Shown piece by piece: positions 18,535 through 27,261 of a stretch of DNA of 64,000 nucleotides (its first letter is position 1; each line of letters opens with the position of its first letter). The position numbers and the translations under genes were made by a program. The notes below the pieces were generated by a model. It was not told the origin of the DNA. It worked only from the letters and a program-made list of their open reading frames with translations, and did no database searches. The stretch is from an uncultured Actinomycetota bacterium (GTDB taxonomy: Bacteria > Actinomycetota > Thermoleophilia > RBG-16-64-13). Location: NCBI GenBank assembly GCA_963803925.1, contig CAWDOM010000011.1, forward strand, positions 49,949 through 113,948, in the 5' to 3' direction.

Positions 18535-19711
18535 CATCAAAGACAGAGTCGCCATCGTGGGCATGGGCTGCGTGAAGTTCGGCGAGAACTGGAGCAAGAG
18601 CCTCGAGGACATGATCATCGACGCGGCCTTCGAGGCCTTCGACGACGCGGGCATAGGGCCCAAGGACATTCAGGCCGCCTGGTGGGGCAGCGTGTTCGCC
18701 GGCGAGTCGAGTTCGATCATGGCCCATCCGCTCAAGCTCGCCTACATCCCGGCGACACACGTGGAGAACCAGTGCGCCACGGGGTCGGAGGCCATCCGCG
18801 GCGCCGCCTACGCGGTCGCGGCCGGCATCTACGACGTCGTCCTCGCCGTTGGGGCGGAGAAGCTGAAAGACACAGGCTACTCGGGCCTGCCGCAGACCCG
18901 TCCGGTCGCCACCTGGAGCTACCGCATCACCACTCAGACCCCGGCAGCCGGCTTCGCCATGATGGCGACCGGCTACTTCGCCAAGTACGGTCTGACCTTC
19001 GACGAGGGTAAGAGGCTCCTAGGCGCGATCGCCGTCAAGAACCACCACAACGGTTCGCTCAATCCCAAGGCTCACTTCCAGCGGGAGATCACCTTGGAGC
19101 AGGCCATAGGGGCACCCATGATCGCCTACCCCCTCGGTCTCTACGACTGCTGTGGCGTGAGCGACGGCGCCGCGGCCGCCATCATCTGCCGGGCCGACCT
19201 AGCCAAGAAGTTCCGGCCCGATCCCATCTATATCAAGGCCGCGACTATCTGTCAGGGCGCGCGTGAAGGCTGGCTGAGCCAGTCGTACGACCTGGCGCAC
19301 GTGGAGGAGACCTACCGCGGTGGCGTGGCCGCCTACGCTGAGGCCGGCATCAAAGACCCGCGCAAGGAAATCAGCGTCGCAGAGGTGCACGACTGCTTCT
19401 CGATCACCGAGTTGACCATCATGGAAGACCTGCAGTTCAGTCCTCGCGGGAGAGTACGCGACGATATCGAGGCCGGGACCTTCACGCTCGAGGGTGAGCT
19501 ACCCGTCAACACCGACGGCGGACTGAAGTGCTTCGGCCACCCGATCGGGGCGACAGGACTGCGCATGCTCTACGAGGTCTACAAGCAACTTCAGGGCAAG
19601 GCCGGCGAGCGCCAGGTCAAGAACCCGCGGCTCGGATTGACGCACAACCAAGGCGGAGAACCGGGCTCGGCCACGGTGAGCGTGTTGATCGCCGGCAACG
19701 AACTGGGGTAG
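18527..19711 (+). CDS. Thiolase (SCP-x / archaeal acetoacetyl-CoA thiolase type)
   Basis: VAIVGMGCVKFGE...NQCATGSEAIRGAAYAVAAG...NTDGGLKCFGHPIGATGLRMLYE. The GTG start overlaps the upstream gene by 8 nt. Confidence 0.85.
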   Translation: MDSIKDRVAIVGMGCVKFGENWSKSLEDMIIDAAFEAFDDAGIGPKDIQAAWWGSVFAGESSSIMAHPLKLAYIPATHVENQCATGSEAIRGAAYAVAAGIYDVVLAVGAEKLKDTGYSGLPQTRPVATWSYRITTQTPAAGFAMMATGYFAKYGLTFDEGKRLLGAIAVKNHHNGSLNPKAHFQREITLEQAIGAPMIAYPLGLYDCCGVSDGAAAAIICRADLAKKFRPDPIYIKAATICQGAREGWLSQSYDLAHVEETYRGGVAAYAEAGIKDPRKEISVAEVHDCFSITELTIMEDLQFSPRGRVRDDIEAGTFTLEGELPVNTDGGLKCFGHPIGATGLRMLYEVYKQLQGKAGERQVKNPRLGLTHNQGGEPGSATVSVLIAGNELG

Positions 19712-19808
19712 GCGCACGGCGGCGCCGCGACCGTGGCGGTGAGATCGCCGTCTCGTCCGCTCTCCGGCCGCCGGCACTGCCCTCGGCCCCGTCTGGGCCG
19801 CTAGCGTC

Positions 19809-21302
19809 CTAGACGTTCACCTTGACGGGCGCGGGCTTCTGCCCGGCATGCCGGAGTTCGCTCGACCTGATGCTGAGTACGGCGGCGATCGAGACCACGG
19901 CCATCGCTCCCGTGATCAGAGCCGACCACGTGAAAGTCACATCGGCAGGAAAGAACTGGGTCTCGATACCCTTCGGCGTCGTCACTTCGACGGCCACGAG
20001 TCGCAGCGTGAGCATGTAGCCGACCACCGCCGCGGCCACCGAGCAGCCGATGCCGGCGGCGCAGTTGTAGACGGTGCCGAGGACTACGCCCTTCCCGGGC
20101 TCCACGGCCTCGGCGGCTACCGCGTAGCTGGCTGAGCCGGCAAAGGAGGCGGGCACTCCGTTGAGCGCCAGCCACAGCACGATGAGCCACAACGAGCCGT
20201 GCGCGAACGCCATCCCGAAGCCGCCCAGACTGAAGAGCATGCCGAGAAGCATCGTCCCCTTGGGCCCAAGCCTCCGCATGACCGACGAGGCGGTGGGCGA
20301 GACCAGAGACATCACCACCGCGGGTACGGCGAGCGCTAGGGAGACCACGAAGATGCTCTTGCCGAAGCCGAACCCCGACGACGTGGGGGTCTGCAGCAGG
20401 TACGGCAAGAACGACGCCGGGATTATGAATCCCAGCGCTATGGTCAACCAGACCACCACTCCCTGCCACGCTCCCGTCCGCTTGAGCAGCCGCAGGTCGA
20501 TAAGCGGACGGCTCGAGCGCAGCTCCCACAGCACCCAGCCGGCGAGTAACGCCACGCCAGGTAGAAGCATGCCGAGCAGCTTGCCGCTGTTCCACCCCCA
20601 GGAGTTGGCCTGACTTAGCGGCACGAGTATCAACACGGTCCAGGCGACAAGCCCCACGCAGCCGGCATAGTCGATCCGCACGCCCTTGGCGCGCGGCGTC
20701 TCCTTGATGAAACCGAAGGTCAAGATCAGGTCGAGCGCCGCGGCCGCGGTCAAGATCCAGAACAGAGTGCGCCAATCGCCTCCCGTGCGCCAGATCAGGC
20801 CGCTCAGCAGGTAGGCGAGTACGGCGCCCAATCCCATGGCGAGAACGATCATGCTCATGGCCCGGCGCATGGCCTCTCCCCGCCAGAAGTTGGCGACGAT
20901 GCCGATGGAGAGTGCCTGGATGGCCATGGAGACCCCTTGGATCACCCGTCCGGTGATGAGCATGGAGAGGTTGGTGGCGAGGGCCGCGATGACGCTGCCC
21001 ACGAGCAGGAGGCTGAGCGCGACTCCCAACATCCGCCGGTTGCCAACGACGGCGCCCAGCGCCGCGGCCACCCCGCCTGCCCCCGCGGCTATCACATGAA
21101 AGCCGGCCATGGTCCAGACGACCTGGTTGATCGGACGGCCGAATTCCTGCGAAAGCGACAGCATCTGCGGAAATAGGCAGACGCTCGCGATGTTGACGAG
21201 GATCGTGGCGAGCATCAGGGTGCCCACTACCAGCCAGCCGCTGCGGCCGAGCGTAGTCCTTGCTTCCAAGACGGCGGCGGACGCCCTCTGCGGGTCTGTC
21301 AC
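19809..21302 (-). CDS. MFS transporter, 14-TMS DHA2/EmrB-like
   Basis: 497-aa polytopic protein. The GTG start overlaps the stop of the upstream glycyl-radical enzyme gene (GTGA). Confidence 0.8.
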   Translation of the reverse strand: MTDPQRASAAVLEARTTLGRSGWLVVGTLMLATILVNIASVCLFPQMLSLSQEFGRPINQVVWTMAGFHVIAAGAGGVAAALGAVVGNRRMLGVALSLLLVGSVIAALATNLSMLITGRVIQGVSMAIQALSIGIVANFWRGEAMRRAMSMIVLAMGLGAVLAYLLSGLIWRTGGDWRTLFWILTAAAALDLILTFGFIKETPRAKGVRIDYAGCVGLVAWTVLILVPLSQANSWGWNSGKLLGMLLPGVALLAGWVLWELRSSRPLIDLRLLKRTGAWQGVVVWLTIALGFIIPASFLPYLLQTPTSSGFGFGKSIFVVSLALAVPAVVMSLVSPTASSVMRRLGPKGTMLLGMLFSLGGFGMAFAHGSLWLIVLWLALNGVPASFAGSASYAVAAEAVEPGKGVVLGTVYNCAAGIGCSVAAAVVGYMLTLRLVAVEVTTPKGIETQFFPADVTFTWSALITGAMAVVSIAAVLSIRSSELRHAGQKPAPVKVNV

Positions 21303-23719
21303 GCCAGCTCTAGTTCGGTGCGTCTGATCACGTCATCCTGCATGTCTTTGTGGAGTTCGACGAAGTAGGAGCTGAAGCCTGCGATGCGCACCACCAGGTC
21401 CTTGTGCTCTTCGGGGTGGAGTTGGGCCAGTTTGAGCGTCTCGGCGTCGGTGATGTTGAACTGCAGCTCCATGCCGTCGAGGTCGAAGTAGGTCTGGATG
21501 AGCGAGACGAGCTTCTCCTTGCCTCCGCCCTCCAGCGCCTTGGGATGGAACTTCATGTTGAGAAGCGTGCCGTTGGCGTTGTGCCGGTGGTCGATGCGCA
21601 GGGCCGACTTGAGAGTCGAGATGGGGCCGTTGGTGTCGAGGCACTGGATGGGGGATATGCCGTCCGACAGCGGGTCACCCGTGTGCCGCCCGTCAGGCGT
21701 CGCCCAAGTCAGCTTGCCCCACAGCACGTGGGTGGCGACGGGGTAGAGCCCGGCGTTCCAGTTGTTGCCGCGCGGCCCGACGCAGGAGCGCACCTTGTCG
21801 GCGATCACCTTCGAGAGCCATTCAGCGATCTCGTCCGGATATTCGAGGTCGTTGCCGTAGTGCGGCACCTCCGAGATGAGGCGGCGGCGCAGGTGTTCCT
21901 GGTCCTGCCAGTTGGTCATGACCGCGTCGTAGAGCTCCCGGGCAGTGCACAGCTTCTGGTCGAACACCGCGTACTTGATAGTGGCAAGGCTGTCGACCAC
22001 CGTGCCGATGCCGACGCCCGCGAAGCCCGTGCCGTTGAACCGTGCTCCGCCCCACATGACGTCCTTGCCGCTCTCGAGGCAACCGTCGACGGTCGCCGAC
22101 ACGATCGGTAGAGGCATGTGGTAGCGGGCGACGATCTCGCGGACGCCGGTGAAGGCGACCTGCCAGTCGATGAAGTGCTCGATCTGCTGCTTGAGGGCTT
22201 CGCGCACCTCGTCGAAGCTCCCCATATCGTAGAGGTAGCCGGTGGCGAGCCCTGTGCGGCGCATAGGGGCGCCGCCCCAGTCGGGCATGGGATTGGCGCC
22301 GTCGTTGATGGCGAGGAGCAGAGCGCTGGGAATGCGCCAGAACGACTCCTGGCCCGGGCCTCCGCAGGCCGGCCAGTCGTCGCCGCAGCCGCCGGGCTCC
22401 ACACAGCCGATGAGGCAGTAGTTGCGGGCCGATTCCAGCGACATCCCCCGGTCGACGAGCGCCGGGATGATCACCTTGTCGCTCTCGAAGGTCGGCACCC
22501 CGCCGTTGACCCGGGTCGACTCGATAGCGATATCCCACAGCTTGTCGGGGGTGCCCTCGTGGATGCGGAGTGACATGGGCGGATCGTGCAGCTTGAGGCG
22601 TCGCGAGGCCTCGAGCAGCATGTAGCTGACCTCGTTGGTGGCGTCGGCCCCGTCTTTGCCGATTCCGCCAATGGTGATGAGTTGGCCCGAGGTGTAGCCG
22701 CTGGCCGACTGGGTGGCGACGCTCGACCAGACCTTGTTCATCTCGGCCACCTTGAGGCAGAAGAGGTCGACGATCTCCTGCGCGCGCTCGCGCGTGATTC
22801 GCCCGGCCGCGAGGTCCGCCTCGTAGAAGCTCCCGAGATACTGGTCTACGCGGCCGAAGCTGAGGCCGTGCAGGTTGCCGTCGTGCGAGAGGCCGATCTG
22901 GTAGAGGAACATGGCCTGCACGGCTTCGACGAACGTGCGCGCCGGGTTCTCCATGATCCAGTCAAGTCCCGCGGCCATGCCTGATAACTCGGCGCGACGG
23001 ACGTCGTCGTCGCACTCCTCGGCTTGGCGGCGGCACTCAGCCGCGTAGCGCTTCGCGAGGACGATCATGGCGTCGCACACGATGGTGACCGCGCGGTAGA
23101 ACTGCTCCTTTTCGGCGTCGTTGCCGTACAGCCTGCCCTTCATGGCGTCGAGCTTGGCCTGCGCCTCGCGCTTGATAGCCCCGAATCCCTTGCGGATGGC
23201 CTTGTCGTAGTTGGCGCAGAAGTGGCCCACCGGGCCGCCGGCGACCTCCTTGTCGCGAAAGGTGACCACACCGTTGCCGACGATGTCGGAGAACTCGGGT
23301 GGCAAGGCGTCGGTGGTCAGGCGGCTCAAGTCGTTCGTCCGCCAGAACTCCTCCTGCCGCATGAAGTAGTCGACGTCCTCCTGGTCGATATCGTACGGAT
23401 CGAGGGGGCGGTCGAAGAACAGGCCGCTCTTGATCTCGTCCCACATCCAACCGACCGAGTACTCGGGGTAGAGCGCCGTAGCGCGATACGACGAGCCCAA
23501 CTCACCCACGATGACCTCGTCGTCGTTTACGAGAAACGGGATGTTCTCGCAGATGTTGAGCAGGCTCTTCGCCCGCTTGATCATCGGCGGCATGGCCGGA
23601 TTGGCCTTGTAGAACTCGGTGACCAGTCTGAACCGCTCCATGCAGACCTTGGGCTTGGTCTCGCGGTACCGGTGGCGGATGCGGGCCACCCGCGGGCTGA
23701 TGGGGGAGAACTCATACAT
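21299..23719 (-). CDS. Glycyl radical enzyme (PFL2/glycerol-dehydratase-like clade), paralog 2
   Basis: 806 aa starting at MYEFSPISPRVARIRHRYRETKP with a GAGGAGGA RBS. Catalytic Cys loop LIGCVEPGGCG and glycyl radical motif VVRIAGFSSYFVEL. The longer 1228-aa ORF call is an out-of-frame run-on into the upstream gene. Confidence 0.9.
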   Translation of the reverse strand: MYEFSPISPRVARIRHRYRETKPKVCMERFRLVTEFYKANPAMPPMIKRAKSLLNICENIPFLVNDDEVIVGELGSSYRATALYPEYSVGWMWDEIKSGLFFDRPLDPYDIDQEDVDYFMRQEEFWRTNDLSRLTTDALPPEFSDIVGNGVVTFRDKEVAGGPVGHFCANYDKAIRKGFGAIKREAQAKLDAMKGRLYGNDAEKEQFYRAVTIVCDAMIVLAKRYAAECRRQAEECDDDVRRAELSGMAAGLDWIMENPARTFVEAVQAMFLYQIGLSHDGNLHGLSFGRVDQYLGSFYEADLAAGRITRERAQEIVDLFCLKVAEMNKVWSSVATQSASGYTSGQLITIGGIGKDGADATNEVSYMLLEASRRLKLHDPPMSLRIHEGTPDKLWDIAIESTRVNGGVPTFESDKVIIPALVDRGMSLESARNYCLIGCVEPGGCGDDWPACGGPGQESFWRIPSALLLAINDGANPMPDWGGAPMRRTGLATGYLYDMGSFDEVREALKQQIEHFIDWQVAFTGVREIVARYHMPLPIVSATVDGCLESGKDVMWGGARFNGTGFAGVGIGTVVDSLATIKYAVFDQKLCTARELYDAVMTNWQDQEHLRRRLISEVPHYGNDLEYPDEIAEWLSKVIADKVRSCVGPRGNNWNAGLYPVATHVLWGKLTWATPDGRHTGDPLSDGISPIQCLDTNGPISTLKSALRIDHRHNANGTLLNMKFHPKALEGGGKEKLVSLIQTYFDLDGMELQFNITDAETLKLAQLHPEEHKDLVVRIAGFSSYFVELHKDMQDDVIRRTELELA

Positions 23720-23763
23720 CGTGGGACTATCCTCCTCGGGTTCCGGGAGCGGGTCTGGACCTG

Positions 23764-26202
23764 CTAGAACTGGTTCTCGGTGCGGCTGATGATGTCGTTC
23801 TGCATGCGCTCGCTGAGTTCGACGAAGTAGGCCGAGTAGCCCGCGATGCGTACGACCAGGTTGCGATAAGCAGCGGGGTCTTTCTGCGCGGCCCGCATGT
23901 CGTCGGCGCTGACCACGTTGTACTGCACCTCCAGGCCGCCCTGCTCGAAGTAGGCCTTGGTGATGTCGCGCAACTTGGCCGAGCTCTGCTCGCCACGCAA
24001 CGCGGTCGGGTGGATCTTGAGGTTGACCGCGATGCCATCGAGGAAGTGGCTGTGGTCGAAACAGCACTCCGAGGCGAAGACCCCGGTGGGGCCGCGGAGG
24101 TCGCGGCCCTGGGCCGGCGACGCCGCGTCGGCCAGCGGCTCCCCGGTCTTGCGCCCGTCGGGCGTCGCCCAGGTGTGGGCTCCTTGGGCCACGTGGTCGG
24201 CGGCGCCGTATAGACCGGCCTTGTAGATGTCGCTCCGCTCGCCCGTCATCTGGCAGCAGGTGTCGTAGTAGAGGTCGCAGATCCAGGTCATCTGCTCGTC
24301 GGCGTACGGGTCGCCGTTGCCGAAGTGGGGCACTTCGCTCAGAATCCTCTGCCGCAGCGGCTCGTGTCCCTCCCAGTCGCACATGTAGGCGTCGTACAGC
24401 TCCCGGGCGGTGCAGAGCTTCTTGTCGAAGACCATGTACCTGATGGTGGTGAGCGAGTCGGCGACCGTGGCGAGGCCGGTAGCCGTACCGCCGAACGAGT
24501 TGTACGTGGCTCCGCCCCGCACGCAGTCGCGGCCCGATTCCATGCAGCCTTCGATAGAGATTGAGAGTGCCGGGTGGGGAGCGACGATCATGGCCATGTA
24601 CTCGCCGTAGTTGTTCATGCTCACCAGCCAGCGCATGAAGTGCTCTACCTGGATCTTGACGGCGGCCTTGACCTCGTCGAACGACTCCATGTCGTAGAGA
24701 TGCCCGGTCTTCAGAGTGCTGCTGTGGCCGTTCACCGGGTTGACGCCGTCGTTCAGCGCCAGCGTGAGGATCACCCCGTAGTGGATGGTGGCTTTGCAGT
24801 TCGATCCGTTCGGCGCGGGGTAATCGTTGCCCGAGCCGACGATCTCCTGGCAGCCGATCAGGCTGTAATCGCGGGCGTCGCGCAGCGAGAAGCCCCGTTT
24901 GACCAGCGCCGGCGCGATGACTTCGTCGTTCTGGAACAGTGGCAGACCGCCGACCAGCTTGGTCATCTCGATCGCCCGCGCCCACAGCTCATCGGGCGTG
25001 TTCTCGTGGATACGTATGGAGATCGTCGGATCGTGCAGCAGTAACCCGCCCATGGAGTCGAGCACCATGTAGGTCACGGGGTTCGTCGCGTCGTCCCCGG
25101 TCTCGGGGACGACGCCCCCGATGGTGGTGTGCTGGTAGGTGTTGCCCACGCCGACGATCTCGTTCAAGAAGGGCGGCGCCGCCCGGTAGAAGCAGTTGGC
25201 CTTGAGGAGAAAAGCATCGACGATCTCGTGCGCCTCGGCCAGGGTGAGACGTCCGGCCTCGAGGTCGGCCTCGAGGAAGGGCCATGTGTACTGGTCGAAG
25301 CGGCCGAAGGCCAGGGCCGGGTAGCGCGCGTCCATGTAGAGCAGTAGCTGGTACATGACGGTGGCCTGCACCGCTTCCCAGAAAGTGCGGGCCGGTTTCT
25401 CCGAGATCCAGTCGAGGCTTTCGGCCATGCGCTGCAACTCGGCTACTCGGACCGGGTCGTCACCCGTCGCGGCCTTCTCGCGGCAGGTCTGCGCGTAGCG
25501 CTTGATCATCGCCGTGGCGGCATCGCAGGCGAGCGTGGCGGCCTCGTAGAACAGGTACTTCTCGGTGTCGCCGCCCATGAGGTTTCCGTGGTGGGCGTCG
25601 ATCCAGCCGGCCGCCTGCTTGCGGATGGCCGCGTAGCCCACGTTGACGATCTTCGGGTAGCCGGCGGTGAGATGCCCACTGGGCAGGTCGCCGATGGGCA
25701 CGCCGGGGAAGAAGCTCGAGGCCCCGATCGCGCTCCATTCCTCGAAGCCGTCGGGATACCAGGCGTCCATGCAGGCCGAGACTGTGTTGCCCTTCCAGAA
25801 GTCGCGTATGGAGTAGAGCTTGTCCCTCTCCGCTTCGCTGATGGTCAGCCTGGTGCCCATGTCGTCGCGGTGGTAGAGCCCGTCGTCTCCACGCAGCCAC
25901 AGGCCGCCCCTGTCGAACTCCTCGTAGAACCAGGAGTTGCCGTACTCGGGCCACATGGCCGAGCCGAGGAAGCTGGTGCCGAAGTTGCCGACGATGAGCT
26001 CGAAGTCTTCGACGCGGCACGTCATCCGCGAGCAGACGTCGTACGTGGCACGCGCCCGCTTGATGTCGGGGGGCGCGAGGAGGTTTCTCCGGTACGATTC
26101 GGTGACGTTGACGGCGCGCTCGGCGTCGACCGCGATCACCCTGTCGCGGACGAGCTCCCTCATCTGGGCTATCCGGTCGGTCACGGGCCGGGGTTCAGGC
26201 AT
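23764..26202 (-). CDS. Glycyl radical enzyme (PFL2/glycerol-dehydratase-like clade), paralog 1
   Basis: 812 aa starting at MPEPRPVTDRIAQMRELV with a GGAGAGGGTGG RBS. Cys loop LIGCQEIVGSG and glycyl radical motif VVRIAGYSAYFVEL. Confidence 0.9.
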   Translation of the reverse strand: MPEPRPVTDRIAQMRELVRDRVIAVDAERAVNVTESYRRNLLAPPDIKRARATYDVCSRMTCRVEDFELIVGNFGTSFLGSAMWPEYGNSWFYEEFDRGGLWLRGDDGLYHRDDMGTRLTISEAERDKLYSIRDFWKGNTVSACMDAWYPDGFEEWSAIGASSFFPGVPIGDLPSGHLTAGYPKIVNVGYAAIRKQAAGWIDAHHGNLMGGDTEKYLFYEAATLACDAATAMIKRYAQTCREKAATGDDPVRVAELQRMAESLDWISEKPARTFWEAVQATVMYQLLLYMDARYPALAFGRFDQYTWPFLEADLEAGRLTLAEAHEIVDAFLLKANCFYRAAPPFLNEIVGVGNTYQHTTIGGVVPETGDDATNPVTYMVLDSMGGLLLHDPTISIRIHENTPDELWARAIEMTKLVGGLPLFQNDEVIAPALVKRGFSLRDARDYSLIGCQEIVGSGNDYPAPNGSNCKATIHYGVILTLALNDGVNPVNGHSSTLKTGHLYDMESFDEVKAAVKIQVEHFMRWLVSMNNYGEYMAMIVAPHPALSISIEGCMESGRDCVRGGATYNSFGGTATGLATVADSLTTIRYMVFDKKLCTARELYDAYMCDWEGHEPLRQRILSEVPHFGNGDPYADEQMTWICDLYYDTCCQMTGERSDIYKAGLYGAADHVAQGAHTWATPDGRKTGEPLADAASPAQGRDLRGPTGVFASECCFDHSHFLDGIAVNLKIHPTALRGEQSSAKLRDITKAYFEQGGLEVQYNVVSADDMRAAQKDPAAYRNLVVRIAGYSAYFVELSERMQNDIISRTENQF

Positions 26203-26351
26203 CGCGCCACCCTCTCCGCAGTCTCTCCGCTTCACTGAGATCCTCTCTAATGAACAAGAATCATTATGCCCCAGGAGCCATCGCGAATGTTGGCCTCTGC
26301 TCCCCTGGCTGTGAGACTCTTTGAGTACACCGCGCGAAGGGAGGAGACTCC

Positions 26352-27137
26352 GTGGCACAGATGGACTACGAGAACCGGCACAAGCTGAAGCCGCACGACT
26401 TCTCGGCGCTCGACGATTTCGACTTCAGGTACGCGCCGGTCGGCTTCAAGTTCTTCAACGTGGAGGGCGATCTGGAGGGACTCGGCCTCGCGCCGCTCGA
26501 GGGCAAGATGTCCTGGTGCAGCATGCTCCGCGAAGCGCAAGAGGGCCTGTCGTTCTACGCGGTCGCCGAGAACCACAGTTGCGAACCTGGCCTCTTCTTA
26601 CCCGGTCATCGTCCCGTTGATCCTTTGGCCGCCAGTGGGCGCATCGGCACGGCGTTCGACATCTTTCCCGACGAGCGCGCCAATCGCCGCATTTACAAGC
26701 ACCTGAGCTACCTGGCGGAGGGCTCTGTCTACGCGAGCGGTTTCGCCCCGGTCGCGAAACTCACCTTCGAGCCCGACCTCCTCATCGTCGCCTGCGACAC
26801 CATGGACCAGGGGGAGCGGTTACTGCGCGCTACCCAATGGGATACGGGCGACAGGATTCGCAGTGAGATGACCTACGTGATCGGCTGCAACTGGCTGTTC
26901 ACCTATCCCTACGTTTCCGGCGACATCAACACGGTATGGACGGGCATCTGCCACGGCATGACCGGCTACGATCTCTATCCGGCCGGCCTGCCCATCGTGA
27001 GCGTCCCTTGGAACCACTTCGATCGCGTGCTTCGCAACATCCGCGAGATGCCGCCCAAGCTTCCGGCGCATACCGCCGAGCGGGCGGAATCGCATCGCCG
27101 TGGCGAGCGGCGGCTGGGAGTGGAGGGGATCATCTGA
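26352..27137 (+). CDS. DUF169-family protein
   Basis: 261-aa ORF with a GTG start after GGGAGGAG. The pattern FRYAPVGFKFF...SWCSMLREAQEG...HSCEPG...GCNWLFTYPYVSG matches my memory of DUF169 (COG2043). It is divergent from the GRE operon. Confidence 0.6.
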   Translation: MAQMDYENRHKLKPHDFSALDDFDFRYAPVGFKFFNVEGDLEGLGLAPLEGKMSWCSMLREAQEGLSFYAVAENHSCEPGLFLPGHRPVDPLAASGRIGTAFDIFPDERANRRIYKHLSYLAEGSVYASGFAPVAKLTFEPDLLIVACDTMDQGERLLRATQWDTGDRIRSEMTYVIGCNWLFTYPYVSGDINTVWTGICHGMTGYDLYPAGLPIVSVPWNHFDRVLRNIREMPPKLPAHTAERAESHRRGERRLGVEGII

Positions 27138-27261
27138 TGAGGCTCCTGGAGCGGGGTAGGCTCGACCCCGGCCCGGGGCATCTGGAGGCCCTGCCGCGCC
27201 AGACCGGCTATGCTAGGATGCAGCGCGGTCCCGGAGCCGTCCCCGTCCAGTCTGAGGGAGA

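Noticed and set aside
23720-24985. N-terminal 421-aa extension of the 1228-aa ORF 21299..24985
   Set aside because: The extension overlaps the C-terminal third of the upstream glycyl-radical enzyme in another frame. The real start is the ATG at 23719 (MYEFSPISPR...), which has a strong GAGGAGGA RBS and gives a typical ~806-aa enzyme.
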